From Chiloscyllium plagiosum (Eukaryota), in assembly GCF_004010195.1 (NCBI RefSeq), contig NC_057716.1, positions 81,287,883 to 81,351,882 of the forward strand: a DNA stretch of 64,000 bases. Reading direction: 5' to 3'. Made by a program: the position numbers and the translations under genes. This document shows, piece after piece, positions 25,386-38,944 of the stretch; position 1 is the first letter of the stretch; the number at the start of each line of letters is the position of its first letter. Under the pieces are notes generated by a model, which was not told where the DNA came from, ran no database searches, and worked only from the letters and a program-made list of their open reading frames with translations.

Positions 25386-28300
25386 AATGGTGGCTAGAGG
25401 GAAAGGATGTCATGGCCAGCACAAGAGGTAGGATGTCAAAGGGTGGAAAATCAGAGCTAGCAGGTATGGTTCGATGGACCCAGCCAAGGTGATAGAGGGG
25501 TATATCAGGACCTGGTTGGTCGGTCGAAAATCATGTTGGGTTGAGGAATCTGGTCAGAAGTTGTGTTGTTCAGGAGTGTAAGAGGTTGGGCGACATGAAG
25601 TTCGGATCAGCTTAATAGCTCACAGCAGTTAGACTAGGTTTTAGTTATTCAAGCTTTCCTCAGTAACTATTAGCTTAGGGCAAGTGGAACCCTCAAAGTT
25701 TCCAATGTTCAGAAGCATTTCAGAGGGTTCTGGCTACAGGGAAACTACCCATTGAAATATTCAATTTTTTGATCAGTTCCCATTACATTTGATGTGGCAG
25801 GGATTCCATATGGTCCCAAAGTGCAAGTCCAGTCTGTGCTGCTCAAAGAATTATCTGGCCATCAGAATATCTACACCAATGTATTTCACTATGTTGCTAT
25901 AAGAGTTGTGACTTTTCCTGTCATAGAGAGACTGTTGTTACCCTGGATCTTCTGACAACGTAAGAGTTAAGCTTTTGTAAAACTTACACAATCTTTTGGA
26001 CTTGCTTGAATTACTAGCTGCAGTTACTGATGATTTTACATTCTTAGAGGCTATAAAAAAGGAAATTCTTGTTTAAATATTTTGTTTAAATAACTAGTTC
26101 ACTGGATGGTGTTGCATGATGGCAGAGGCAGATTTAATCATTGCCTTAGTCATCAAGATAGTGGGAAATTGTCAGTAAGTTTTGAAAAACTAGTCAGTAG
26201 ATAAGTCATTTAATTTGTCAACAGATTGACTGCTCCTGCTAGTGTATACATGACTTCAGCAAATTCTGGAAAGCACATGTATGTTTTCCTTGTTGTATTT
26301 GTTATTCTAGCTTTATTTAAGCAGCAAATGCTTCAAAATTACATTATTATTTGATGTTACAATAGATCTTTACTGATTCTGATATCTTTTGGCTAAGTGT
26401 TGGATGCAATGTGATACAATGTTAATTTTTCATACACTGCAGCGTTTAGTGGAATTGTTTTACCTTGAACACAGGCAATTTGTTGTTGTTTACAGTAAGT
26501 TCCTCAGTGATATTAAAAAGTTTACAGAGTAAACCTTGCAGCATTTTCAGCATGTTCTAGCAACAGTTTAATCTAATTTAACAAAAAAAACTTGTCAGAT
26601 ATAAAACAAATCAAATTGAAGTGTGTTTGAATTTATCTAGAACTTGTCAAACCTTGTAAAAATGCAATGGTCCAATGCGGGATGAGAACAAAGGCAGGCG
26701 GGAGTAGTGGATTAAAGCATAAAGTGAACGGAGTGGAGTGACATATAATCCAAGCTTTCAGTAATTGCCTTAGGTATATGCCTAGGTGTATTAAAGCACT
26801 TATAATGAAAGACTGTGTTCTCATTCAAACAGGAGAAATGCCTTTTGAGAAGCAGCAAAGTTTGAGCAGAGAAGTCTCTGCCCAGAACGCCACATGCTCA
26901 TTTCATAAAATCTAAAAACCTGGCATCCTCACAGGCATCTGCCACTCGATCTAATGCCAGTCTATAGTATACTTAGAAACATCTGCTTCCCTGCACAAAA
27001 GGGACAGAGTGCGCTTGACAGGTCTGTGTTAGCAAGATGTGCTCTGCCAGTTTTTTTTTCATGAAAAATTCTAATGCTTCCCGTCAAACCATTAGCAATG
27101 ATACAATCAGCACAGACCCATTCAGAGCCTCAGTGTCCACCTGTGATAAAGGAAGCCATTTGTTTTCTTAAACTCACTTAATGTCCGTTTAACTCAATTT
27201 GTCAGGAAATGTGGAACAATTTCCTCTCCGCCTGCAATTTTGTAGCATTTTTCAAGTCAGAGGGACAGTAGAACATGAAGTCAAAGTGTTTGAAAGTCAG
27301 GGCTGTGCAAGGGCTGTGTGAGATTGTTGACATCTGCTGAGGTGGGAGAGATCAGTAAGCAGGAAATGGGGTGTCACTCCTGGTGGTAGTTTGCCATTAT
27401 CTTGGCATTCTAATGAAGTGTCTGTAGCATAGAGCCTCTGGATGGCATCTTAACGCACGGATAAGCAAAAGCACTTCTTCCCCCTTGTCACTGTCATCCA
27501 TCTGCATGCACCCCTACTGCAGCCAATGGAATGGAACCGTGCTACAACATTCAGTAAGCTATTTAGACTTTATGCATCACATGATTGGTCACACCAAATA
27601 TGAAAAAAAATCTATTTTATCGGTCATTCTGTTGTAACACTGGCATCTAGAGTTTGATGTGCTGATACTGGCCTCAGTAGTGCTTCTGCTAATGATTCTG
27701 AATAAATTCTGTATTAAACCACTGACAGAGAGCTTCAGTAACTGCTGGCAAAAACACAAATTGACAACTGTAATTTTACAAAATGTGACTACTGTCTCAT
27801 TTATAGACAGAATATTAAAATATTTAATTAATAATGCACTACAACAAAAAGTACCTTAACATTCAGTTTAAATAATTCATTATTCGATAATTATTCCTCC
27901 TCTTATTTTTTCTATTATTGTGACGAATCACAGTAAGTGGAAATAGTTAGCTAGGTGGCGCAGTTGACTAAGATCTGGATTGAAACCAGCCCAGGGTGAC
28001 TAAATGGAAGGCAAACAAAAACCCTCCTGAGTAGCTGTTGTCATTCACAAGATGACAGAGTTTTGCTACATCATGCTGAAACTGCATTCAGGGTCAAGTT
28101 CAGGTTCATGTGAGACTGCTGGATTCCATGCAGACAAGTGACTATTATCTTGGTAACATGGAAGACAGCAACAAGCAACTTAATGGATAGATGCCGTTAC
28201 TTTTGTGGCATATAACAGCATGTGCCCAGATGCTCATACGTGGTGGCAGAGGACCCCTGCCAGAGCCCAGCAATGACACTCCTTGGAGCTTATTTCTTCA

Positions 28301-28944
28301 AATGAATCCAAACTGATACTCAATCATTTTCAATGCCCATTGGAACACTACTCCAGGAGTATGGGTCAGATGGTGTACAAGATTCAGTGTTAAATTACTA
28401 TGTAGTGGGCAAATATCCAAAGAACAAAGTCATTGAAAATTTCACAGTAATATTGTATACTAGGTTAAGTGAGTCTGATTAACTGTGTGAGGACGATCAT
28501 AACCTCTATTACGACTGAACCCTGAAAATAAATTGCAATGGAGTATTAAATTATCACCCGATGGAACGGTGCCAATCTTACATATTTTGAAGTTGCTTCC
28601 TAATTTAGTCATTCTTCAATGTGTTCCTCTATTGGCCTGCGTTTAAGGGATGGATTACTCATTTGTTTCAGCCAAGGGCTGTTGAAACAGTGGTGGCTAT
28701 CAACTTCAGGGTCCTGATGTGACATGACTTGATAATGCACCACATTTGTTGCTACAGAGCTACAGGAACTCAGATGTCCTGTGGTATGTATGCACTCACT
28801 GAATGAGGCAAAAGGTTCCAATCTGTTGTCGTCTGGAGAATCCTTCACTGTCCACAGACTGCTCTATAACTCAACGTACACTGACCTGCATAAGAGCAGA
28901 CCCAACAAAAGCACTGAAACTACTGAAGCCCCTTTTAGATGAGG

Positions 28945-29237
28945 TTAGATTACTTACAGTGTGGAAACAGGCCCTTTGGCCCAACAAGTTCACACTGACC
29001 CGCCAAAGCGCAACCCACCCAGACCCATTCCCCTACACTTACCCCTTCACCTAACACTATGGGCAATTTAGCAAAGCCAATTCACCTAACCTGCACATTT
29101 TTGGATTGTGGGAGGAAACCGGAGCACCCGAACGAAACCCACACAGACACAGAGAGAATGTGCAAACTCCACACAGTTGCCTGAGGCGGGAATTGAACCC
29201 GGGTCTCTGGCGTTGTGAGGCAGCAGTGCTAACCACT
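28945..29237 (-). mobile_element. HE1 SINE
   Basis: HE1 head, V-domain and tail, ending in TAATCTAA on the minus strand. Confidence 0.9.
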
Positions 29238-29289
29238 CTCAATTCAATATCCTGTTAATCTCCGCAGCCAGTGTTTCCTAGTTATTGGT

Positions 29290-29610
29290 GAGGTGGTGAC
29301 AGAGCTGGCAGGTCCGGGTTGTGGGGTCAGTGTGGGTCCAGCACGGGAACTGGCATCGGGCGGTCTGTCGGTGAGTTGGGTCCAGTGATGAAGAGTGGTG
29401 GGTCCAGCGGAGGGGTGGCCGGCTCAAAGCTCAAGACTCGTGGTGGAACAAAGATGGACTCTCTTTCAGCTTTATCTTTCTATTCTTTTTATTCTTAAAA
29501 TATTCAAACGGCGCAGGACTGTGGCAACAGTTGAAGCTTTTCACCGTATTTTACTGTGTTGTTCATTGTGGAGTACAAATGACAATAACTCATCATCATA
29601 ATCATCATTT
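29290..29610 (+). mobile_element. Short retroposon with Rex1/Babar-like 3' end and (TCA)n tail
   Basis: GC-rich body with repeated GGGTCCAG, then GCTTTTCACCGTA...GTACAAATGACAATAA followed by TCATCATCATAATCATC. Confidence 0.5.
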
Positions 29611-30486
29611 TTAAGAAGGAGGAGACAGTAGAGCTGGAGACATGCAAAGTATAATATATGTTTCCCCGTAATTCTGGCAGAGGCTTTACTGCAAGTGCTT
29701 TAACTAAAGATTGCTCTAGAGTTGGTGCCACTCCATTGTGATTAACAAATGTTTTGATCCCTTTGCATCAGAACCATGCGTATGTGAGTTATAACATTCT
29801 TCATATTAACTACTGTGTGTAACAAAACCTCTTCAATGTACATTTGAATGATTTCAGCATTAAAGCGTCCTTCTTCCAAAACTAATGAAGCCTGAATGCT
29901 GATCGCATAGTCTCCCATGCAGACAGAAGAAGCCATTTTATTCCTTTAATATTTATATCCCCATCACCTTTCCTGCTCATTTACCTATTTTGTATTTTTT
30001 AATGTACTCCCCACAAAGTCAACTGTATATATTCTTCAGGATGAATATCAATAAACCGGGAGAGAATGGGTGCATTGTGGACAAGAAAAGAAATTCTTAT
30101 TTGGTGCTGTCCTTCAAGTTATCACTGAACCCCAATTCTATTTATATTTTTGTTAAGAAAGCAAACAAAAATAAAGCAGGTAACTACCTCCAATAGCAAG
30201 CTTGTATAACACAAGATGACATGCAATTGTATCACACAACTCCTTAACATGTGTTAGAGGATGGAACTTGTCTTGTCCTCCTCTTTTCCTGCTTTATTCC
30301 CTCTTGGCAATAGGTAATCTCCTTTGAGTGAAGTGAAAAAGGGTTAAAAATGGCTCTTGGCAGTAGGGAACTCGGGCACAATAGCACAATCAGGCTGTTA
30401 TGTAGATATAACAGGCTTTCAGGAGGAACAACAGTTCATGATATCAGAAAAGGAAGCATGAATAGAAAATAGGAATGCAATTAAGC

Positions 30487-30822
30487 CATAGAGTTATAGA
30501 ACACAGAAACAGACCCTTCAATCCAACCACTCCATGTTGAAAATAATTCCAAACTAAACTAGTCCCATCTGCCTCCTTCTGGCTCATATCCCTCCAAACC
30601 TTTCCTATTCATGTACCTATCTAAGAACCTTTTAAACTTTGTAACTGTGACCACATCCATCACTTCCTCAGGGAGTTCATTCCACATGTGAACCAGCCTC
30701 TGTGTACAAAGTTTGTCGCTCATGTCTTTTTTTAAATTTCTCTTCTCTCATCTTAAAAAAAATGTACCCCCCAGTCTTGAAATCCCCCATCTTAGGGAAC
30801 AGACATGTATCATTATCCCTGA
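30487..30822 (-). mobile_element. HER1/CR1 LINE 3' fragment
   Basis: CATAGAGTTATAGA tail; GAGTTCATTCCAC reads WNEL on the minus strand; reverse complement of 51170-51500. Confidence 0.8.
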
Positions 30823-33800
30823 TACACAAAATGGAAAGTTTCCCTGCACCATAGATATGCCATTAGAATAATAGTACTGGTATTGACATGGTTTTCAATC
30901 TCCTGGTGACTATTTCTACTTGTTAAGTATAGCATCTGTGAATATTTCCCTCCTTTCCTGCTTTTATTCTAAAATATGACCAAAATGTATTTGACACATG
31001 GTCCATCTATAAAACCCTGTTCCTCATATACTAACCTGTACAAACGACAATTAGATTATAAACTTGTAATTTCCTTTGGCAAAATACATTTCAGTGTCTC
31101 TTAAAGAGCTTGGTAGCTTTGAAGATTTTCAGTAGCATGTACAGTTTCATACTTCTTGTGAGCATACTGCCATGACATGCACCTGCAGTTGTTCTACAAT
31201 GTGGAAAATTGGCTGTCCAGGTAAACTTTGCCAAATTAAGCACTTGTAGGGCTATCAATGCAATGTTAGCCCGCTGATTTCAGACTCTGAAATCAATTCT
31301 AAGATGTTTGAATCCAGATTGTTTGGTCAGAGTTGGAGTTATATTTCTCACAGATTTGACATATTGAGGCCATACCCTCCAATAAAATAATGGAGATTTT
31401 TATTCCCACATTTTTTTGGTTAACCATTTTCAGAGAATAGGTAACTGCGATGAAAAGATGAATTAATTAGATTCCATACATCTGCAATTGTATATACTTT
31501 AGATTCAAACTCAAAAATTGCCTACTTAAACATTGGTTTTCAACTGGAACAATCATTTATCTTTTAACTGAATATGATGAGCAGTTAACTAATCATGTCA
31601 GCCTAAAAGGTTGTCATTTTTTCAAACATTTGTTTGATAAAGGGATGTAGTGGTGGAAAATATACTTAAACAGACTAGCTAACAAGTATTGCTGTATCTA
31701 TCTGCCCAAGCCAGGTTGTAACTCATTAAGGAAAATGGTGAATGATGAGATTATGACAAGTTCGTTATTTTGAAGAGATGTGTTCAGTCAGATCATCATT
31801 TCCTGTTCTCTCCTCTCACACACAAAAATGCAGAAGTCCACAAAGTATGGATAAAAATGGATTGAATTTCACTGTGGCCTTCAGAACCTTAATGAATGAC
31901 AAAATGGGTCCTGACCACACTAGACTAGAAATAGGATTAGCTCAGCAATTTTGCTAGAAGCAGGCTGTCTCTGGGCCTGCTGTCCGATTAGGATAAATGG
32001 GCTTCTGATGCCGCCAACCAACCAGGAAAGGTGAGCACTGCTAAGTTAGCCAGGAGACCTTAGAGAGATAAATATTATTTTAAAATGCTAGGTGGTGGAG
32101 AACAGATAGTTCTGCTGATTGGAGGAGTAGACCTTCCTGGGAGATCATTGGAATTCCTCCCATCTGCCCCCTCAGCTATAGGCTCTGCTGATATTCATCG
32201 GCTGATAGAGGAATTCTTCTGAAAAGCCAATAATCTAATGGGGACCTTGCTAATGAAGATCGACTGCCCAACTCTGTGTAGTAGGCAGCCCATTTGCACC
32301 CTGGTCCACCAGCTGCTCACTCCTGGAAAACTAGGGATGCAACTTCATTGAGGAGCTTTCCTGATGCAGCTTCCTGCCACTCTACTGACATTTCACCTCT
32401 ATTTCTGCCATTCAGCAAATATTAGCATTCTGGCCAAAATTTGCATAATCCAGGACCTGGTAAAATATTTTTCAATACAATGTTTCATATCACTTTATCA
32501 TCCCATACTCTTCTTGTCATACATAGGATTAATGTTAGTTTTGCCTCTTGCATTGCACTGCATCTCTAAGCCCTTCAATAGGTTTCCACCATATAATCAT
32601 TACTATCTATTCATTATTATTTGCAACAATATACTGCGGGGATTTTCGCAGTCCTATAACAATTATCTATTAATGTGCTACTGATATAAATGATTACATG
32701 GGGTCACCTCACACGTAAATTTCAGAAAAGTTATTTTACAATATGTAAATATAGATCTATTAATGAACTTTGTTATTCTTTTCCAGTGCATCAGCTGAAA
32801 GGTTAACAAGCTGCTTCCTTCAGAAAATATTAATGAGCAATGGTAACTTGCTACCATGACCTTGGCCAGTCATTTTGTCACCTAACAAAATTTTGCACAA
32901 TATTGGTGTCATTTTCTGTTTTCATCAAGCAACCTTGTGAATCCAGTCAATCCTGTCTTTCACAACTGACTTTCAGATTAGTAATCACTAATGTGCTAAA
33001 GTCAGTGTAACCCTTTCCGTGCCCTGATATCCTGGCAATAACATGACATTGTTGTTTAGGGTAGAGTGAACCTTGGCATTCTGCCTGCAATCTCATTTCT
33101 GAGTTAGCAGGTTGTCTGTTCAAGGCCAACTTCAGAATAGAGACGTGAATTCCCACCCACAAAATACTGTGTTGATATTCAGTGTCATCCTTAAAATGAT
33201 TAAAGTAAGAGCTACATTACTCCCACTATCCCCTTCCCATCACAGTTAACCATTTCTCCTGGCAAGATGCTGGTACTTGTCTATTCAATTCCTCATGTCA
33301 TAAAGGATCTTTGTTGCATAAATAACCTTCAGCATGATCTGCTGGATGTTAAATCTGTGGAAGAAACAGTTTACCACATGTAGCCCTTGGCATTTAGTGA
33401 AAAAGAGATCATTTCCTGTTTAGAGTATTTAACTTGAGATTACCTGGTCAATGTGCGTCTTGAGGACAAGTTAATTTCACATTCAACAAGAATAAAGCAA
33501 ATAATACCTGCCTCACCTTAATAGCAGATGCCATTTTACATTGTTGTAAATGCTGACATTGTTCAATATCTCTCCTCTGGAGTTGGAATGCAGCAATCAC
33601 ATAAAAAAATCATTTCTTACAACTGGGAAAATAGCTTGGCAACAGTTATGTTCAGTGGTGGTAACCAAGTTATTATTATTTCCAGTTGTTAGCAGTCAAC
33701 GTTTGGAATTGAAAATGTATCAAAGGAAATACCATGAAATCCAGATTATAAATCAGATTTGTTTATGGATCATAGCCTTACTTTTAGTATTCTTATTTTA

Positions 33801-34559
33801 GTTATAAAAAATTAACTAATGGTGGGAGTTATACTGGGTGTTTATGTGTGTATATATATATATAAAAATACCATTATTCAAAGAATATTGCCAAAACATA
33901 TAAATATAGACATTCCAATCTGTTATAAGGCAATTTGGAAGTGGGATGGTACAAAAGCAGCAACTATATAAATTGTTGCAGGTGAAATTCACCAAATGAC
34001 ATGAGTCACAGCTTCAGATGATAGCCTTGATCACTCAGAAATGAAGCTAACATTTGTTTCCATGAATCAGATATTGGTGCGTCAATGGATGGTAAAGACA
34101 TGCGACAACTTCCTGGACACCAAGCATTGTCATGCATAATCTATTGTTAGTCATTGCCAATGAGCTAAACGTTGTCAACCATAATCACCTTTCATTTCTA
34201 TAGTTTTCTTCCTTGTGCAATACTGCACCTAGATTATCTAGCTGGAGCCTCTAACTGCTGGCCTTCAGAATTACTGACGTTTGCTAAAGTTGGAAAGCTG
34301 TCATCCTGCTTCCTGTTGTGAATGAGGAAGGCAATAGGTTTGGTTGTATCAATTTCATTTTTTATAATATGCCTTCAGACAGCAATTTGTCTGATTTATG
34401 CATTGGTGCCATTGGTGCATTGAAATCATCAATCGACATTTCAGCTAAGAACCAATGTGATCTTCATAATCATTGCCAGTTCTTTATGTTTTTTGACCAG
34501 TGATAGGATGTGATGTGATACTAGGAAAGCATTTATTACCGGTCCTTGATTGCTTTTCC

Positions 34560-34905
34560 TGTTTATTTTTACATTGGATGTGGGCATCACTGACAAGGCC
34601 TGCATTTGTTGTGCATCTCTAATTGGTCTTGAACTAAATGGTTTACAAGGTCATTTCAGACACCACATTGCTGTGGAGTCCCATTAAGCCAGACCAGGTG
34701 GAGATAGCCTATTTCCTTCCCTAAAGGACATTAGTGCATTAGTGAACGAGATGCATTCTTACGGCAATTAATGGTGGCTTCATGGTTGCTATTACTGAAA
34801 CAAACTCTCAATTCCAAATCTCGATTAATTTACCCTCGATGCTGCCAGCTGCCTGAGTTTCTACATTGCTAGTCCAGTGATATTTTTACTTCATCACCAT
34901 CCCCA
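34560..34905 (-). mobile_element. tRNA-derived SINE, second family (degenerate)
   Basis: GGATGTGGGCATCACTGACAAGGCC...CCTTCCCTAAAGGACATTAGTG; reverse complement of the 25058-25385 family. Confidence 0.65.
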
Positions 34906-36299
34906 CATACCCTTGAGAAGATGGTGGTGAGTTGTGGATGGAGTTTGCCTGAAAATCACTTTGCAGTGTGTAACACAACTAAACCACACACTCCCTTATG
35001 AATGAGAGTCTTCACAAGTGTCATTGTTCCCATGGTCATCTTTTTATGCATCTCATTCTGTTAACAAAAATATAAGAATAATAGCAGATGAGGTACTGCA
35101 GCTCTTGTACAACCTGACCTGCCTTGCATCTTCAACATTTTTCAAAAGCACAGGTCCAGGGGAAATTCCCATAATCAAACCTTTTGCAGTCTTATTGTGG
35201 TCATGGAGGGAAAATGGCAGCAGCACAATGAAGGCCACAGTTTTCTCTAAACTGAAAATTGTGCAATCCTGATATATGCATTTTCAATGAACCTCCTTAC
35301 ATAGCTCAGTCTGAGTGAACCTGGGACTCCATTTTATATTGAAATATAGATGAATCATGTCAGGAATAAATGTATGTTAGGAAATTGCATGTACACCTAA
35401 TAGCAGAATATCACTTGAAGTTCTTGCCTGTACTTATCAAATACTTCACTGGAAATTCATGGAATGTTTTAAATAAATCACTATCTAACATTACATGTTT
35501 CCACTGCTTTTCCTGTTTCAGTTACGCTCACATCATACTCCAAACAGGTATAACTGATCAGAAAAATTAAACTAAAAAATTTCCAGTAGATAAGCACTGA
35601 CCTGAATGTGTAATCAAAAATAACCTGAACTGTTTAATCATATCTGTATTTGATTCGAATTAGATAAGCTCACCTTTTTTAAAAAAGGCCAAAGAAAGGC
35701 TATAATGGACTTCCGTGCATTTGTACTGATGTTTCTCACATACCTCCTGGAGGATATTGCCTTCACAAAGGATGTTGTATGTTGTTAACTTTCAAAATCA
35801 TAAGTGAAGCCATCATTTTACATTGCTTTTCTTTGAAGAAAAGAAAATCACTTTAAATCTATTCAATCAGGAGTTGTCTGTATTGTTATAAAATACTTAG
35901 GAAGTCTGATGCTTGGCAGTCTGATCTGATTTTTACTGTTCTTAAAATTGAGATTCTCCTGAATATTCTGATGTTGCAGGATATATGCCTTAGTTTGAAT
36001 TCCCCATGTCCACTTGGAATGGAGCACAAGCAGTGTTGAAATATTGGCTGAGTGGCACTCACTGAAACTGCCTATGCTTTTTAACTGGCAAGGTTTAGGC
36101 AGCCTGTGAGGTCCTCACCACTCAACCCTTTTTCCCACATGCACACCCACCACCTCCCCTCAACCCCACTCCAAGCAGATGTCTCACTAAAAGTTAAAAA
36201 AATGGCAGTTTAATAGGGTTATTAGTCCCCAAACCCAATCAGTTTTTAATCCATAACATGTATGTGTCACTAACCAATATGATTAATGCCTGCTTCCAA

Positions 36300-37400
36300 G
36301 CTGAACTAGCAGGTCATACTTGACAAATCTGTTAGAATTCTTTGAGGAGGTAATGAGCAACTTAGACAAAGACGATCCAGTGGGTGTGATCTATTTAGAT
36401 TTCTAGAATGCCACACGGGAGACTGCTAAATAATATAAAAGACCATGGTTATCAGGGCAAGGTACTGGCATGGATAAAGGACTGGCTGACTGGAAAAATA
36501 GTAGTCATGATTTGGAGATGCCGGTGTTAGACTGGGGTGTACAAACTTAAAAATTGCTCCTTTATCAGGGGGTGACAATCACCTGATGAAGGCGCGACAC
36601 TCTGAAAGTTAGTGTGCTTTCAATTAAACCTGTTGGACTATAACCTAGTGTTGTGTGATTTTTGACTGGAAAAAGGCAGACAGTAGGGATAAAGGGGCCT
36701 TTTTCACTGATGTCAGTCTGTGACTAGCAGAGTTCCACAGAGATCAGTGGGACCACAACTATTCATGTTATAACTTAACGATCTGGACAAAGAAACAGAG
36801 GACATTGATGCTAAGTTTGTAGAAGACAAAGAGATAGGAGAAGGGGCAGGTAGTGTTAAGAAAACTGGGAGGCTGCAGAAGGACTTGCACAGGCTTGGAG
36901 AATAGGCAAAGAAGTGGCAGATGGAATACGATGTGGGAAAGTGTGAGGTTATGCACTTTGGTGGAAAGAATAGAGCCTCAGACTATTATTTAAATGGGGA
37001 AAGGCTTCGAAAATCTAAAGCACTCGATGGAATTTAGAAAGATGAAGGGAGTTCTAATTGAAAATTACAGAATACTGAGAGGCCTCAATAGATGAATGTG
37101 GAGTAGATGTTTCCACTCATAGCAGAGACTATGTTCCTAGGACACAGTCTTAGGGTGAAGGGTCAACGCTTTAGAATTGAGATGAGGAATTTCATCAGCC
37201 AGAGGATGGTTAATCTGTGGAGACCAAGTCATTGAATGTCTTTAGGACAGAGATAGGTAGGTTCTTGACTGATAAGGGAATCAAGGGTTACAGAGAGAAA
37301 GAAGAGAGGTGGTGTTGAGAAACATACCAGCCATGATTGAAAAACAGGGAGACCTGATGGGCTGAATGGCCTAATTCTGCTCTTGTTTCTTACTGTCTCA
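36300..37400 (+). mobile_element. CR1 LINE 3' ~1 kb (RT, decayed) with nested PLE mini-element
   Basis: Encodes LTNLLEFFE, IYLDF, KFVEDK (YADD position), LQKDL and KCEVMHFG; ends in GGGCTGAATGGCCTAATTCTGCTC. Confidence 0.88.
36499..36662. mobile_element. PLE family C inverted mini-element with 12-bp target-site duplication
   Basis: TGACTGGAAAAA at 36487-36498 and 36663-36674. Hammerhead-like CAC-CTGATGA-A-GGCGCGACACTCT-GAAAGTTA-GTG at 36580-36614. Confidence 0.75.
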
Positions 37401-38679
37401 CTGGGAAACCCACTGCCATTGAGCTGCTGAGCTGTAGGAGGCCAATAGTGTAACTTAATTATAAAGGATATTCCTTGGATTTCTAGTTTGTCCTTCCCTT
37501 GCTCATTTCCTATTCCCAATTCAGTCTAGGGCTGAAACTCCTGCTGTGCTCACCTCACTCCAAGCTGTTAGCCCAGTGTCACTGACATCAAGATCATCAA
37601 ATGAGTGTCAGGCCTGGACTGTGAAATAGATTCCATTAATTATGATACTGCAGGTCACAGTGAACTGGAGCATTCTTAAAGTTTGGTCCTCATCCTGAGT
37701 TAAAATCAGGGCTCTAATCTCTGACGCTGTGCTGGTACTGAATGTATTTGTTCCCCATCACTTTGTTTTGTTGGTGGAATTCTTATGGTAAAGCCTGTGT
37801 CCAATCTCAGGATGTGCAATGATGTAAGTTGACAATTTAATAACGAAATAGGTGTTCAGTCTAGTGATGTAGTTTGTGCTGAATTCTGTCTATTGAGAGA
37901 TACTGTTCCCAATCTCTGGTAATTTCTTGATGGAGCATATGTAACTGATCACTGGTGAAACATGGGCAAGCAATTCATCCTTATCAACAGCCAAAAGCAA
38001 TATAAAAAATGAAATTCTCCTTCAATGTGTCCTATCTAATACTCATTACAATGTTGGAAAGAAGAAATAAAGACCTGTATTTATATAATGCTTACCAAGA
38101 TCTCAGAACGTCTCTTTTGAACAGTAGTCAACTGTGACAGTGGTAGAACAAATATAAAAGCCTTGACTACAATGAAACAGAAATATAACAGGCAATGGAT
38201 TCAATACTGTCCTACAAGGTGACCTTCTGCCACTATAAGCCTGGCTTATGATACTAAAGTAGCAGCGTTTGTACCCTGATCTCATAGTTTCTTATGTTTT
38301 AGCTTATATGTCAATTTCTAGTGATGAGTTATGGATCTAATTTTAATTAGACCAGTCCCATCACAAAAAAATCTGACTTGACTTTACGTATTCTGGCTGC
38401 CCTATAAGCCTAGCAATTATTTCATTGGCAGAAGTCCAGAGATCATACCAGCAATTAATGAGCACCCCCGCAGGTCAAGTCACTTCAAATAGATATGTTG
38501 GGGCTCTGCCTGTTTCAGGTGCATCTCAGATTAGATAGAGACCCAACAAACAATACCTTTCCTCGATTTATTCAATAGCTGCCCATTCTTCAGAAATAGG
38601 CTGGGAAAGGCTACCCTTGTAGGCGTTGTAGAAGTACTACTAAAAATTTGCATTTCATAATCCTTGGAATAGTAAATTT

Positions 38680-38935
38680 TTTGAAGGTGCATTATCAAAC
38701 AAAGTTAGACATGTTGAATGAGCAGTTATAAGTTCAGGTGATCAGAAACTCAATTCAGCAGCTACGGTTCATGCAAGGTCTTAAAGGAGGCGAAAGAGTT
38801 AGCAATGCTTATAGAGGAAAGTTCAGAGCTTAAGGCTTAGGCTGTCAATGCTGGAGCAGTGAAAATACTGGATGTACAGTTGGCTAAAAGTGGGTCAGGG
38901 AGAACATAGGTAACAGGTATACGAGGTTATTGACA
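38680..38935 (-). mobile_element. Old L2-like LINE fragment
   Basis: GTCTTAAAGGAGG...GTTCAGAGCTTAAGGC resembles the body of 6125-6915. Confidence 0.4.
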
Positions 38936-38944
38936 TTTTTAAAA

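Noticed and set aside
35053-35272. Moderately GC-richer segment open on both strands, with a possible minus-strand acceptor TTTTCAG
   Set aside because: No recognisable protein similarity, weak donor and no partner exons; it could still be a non-coding conserved block.
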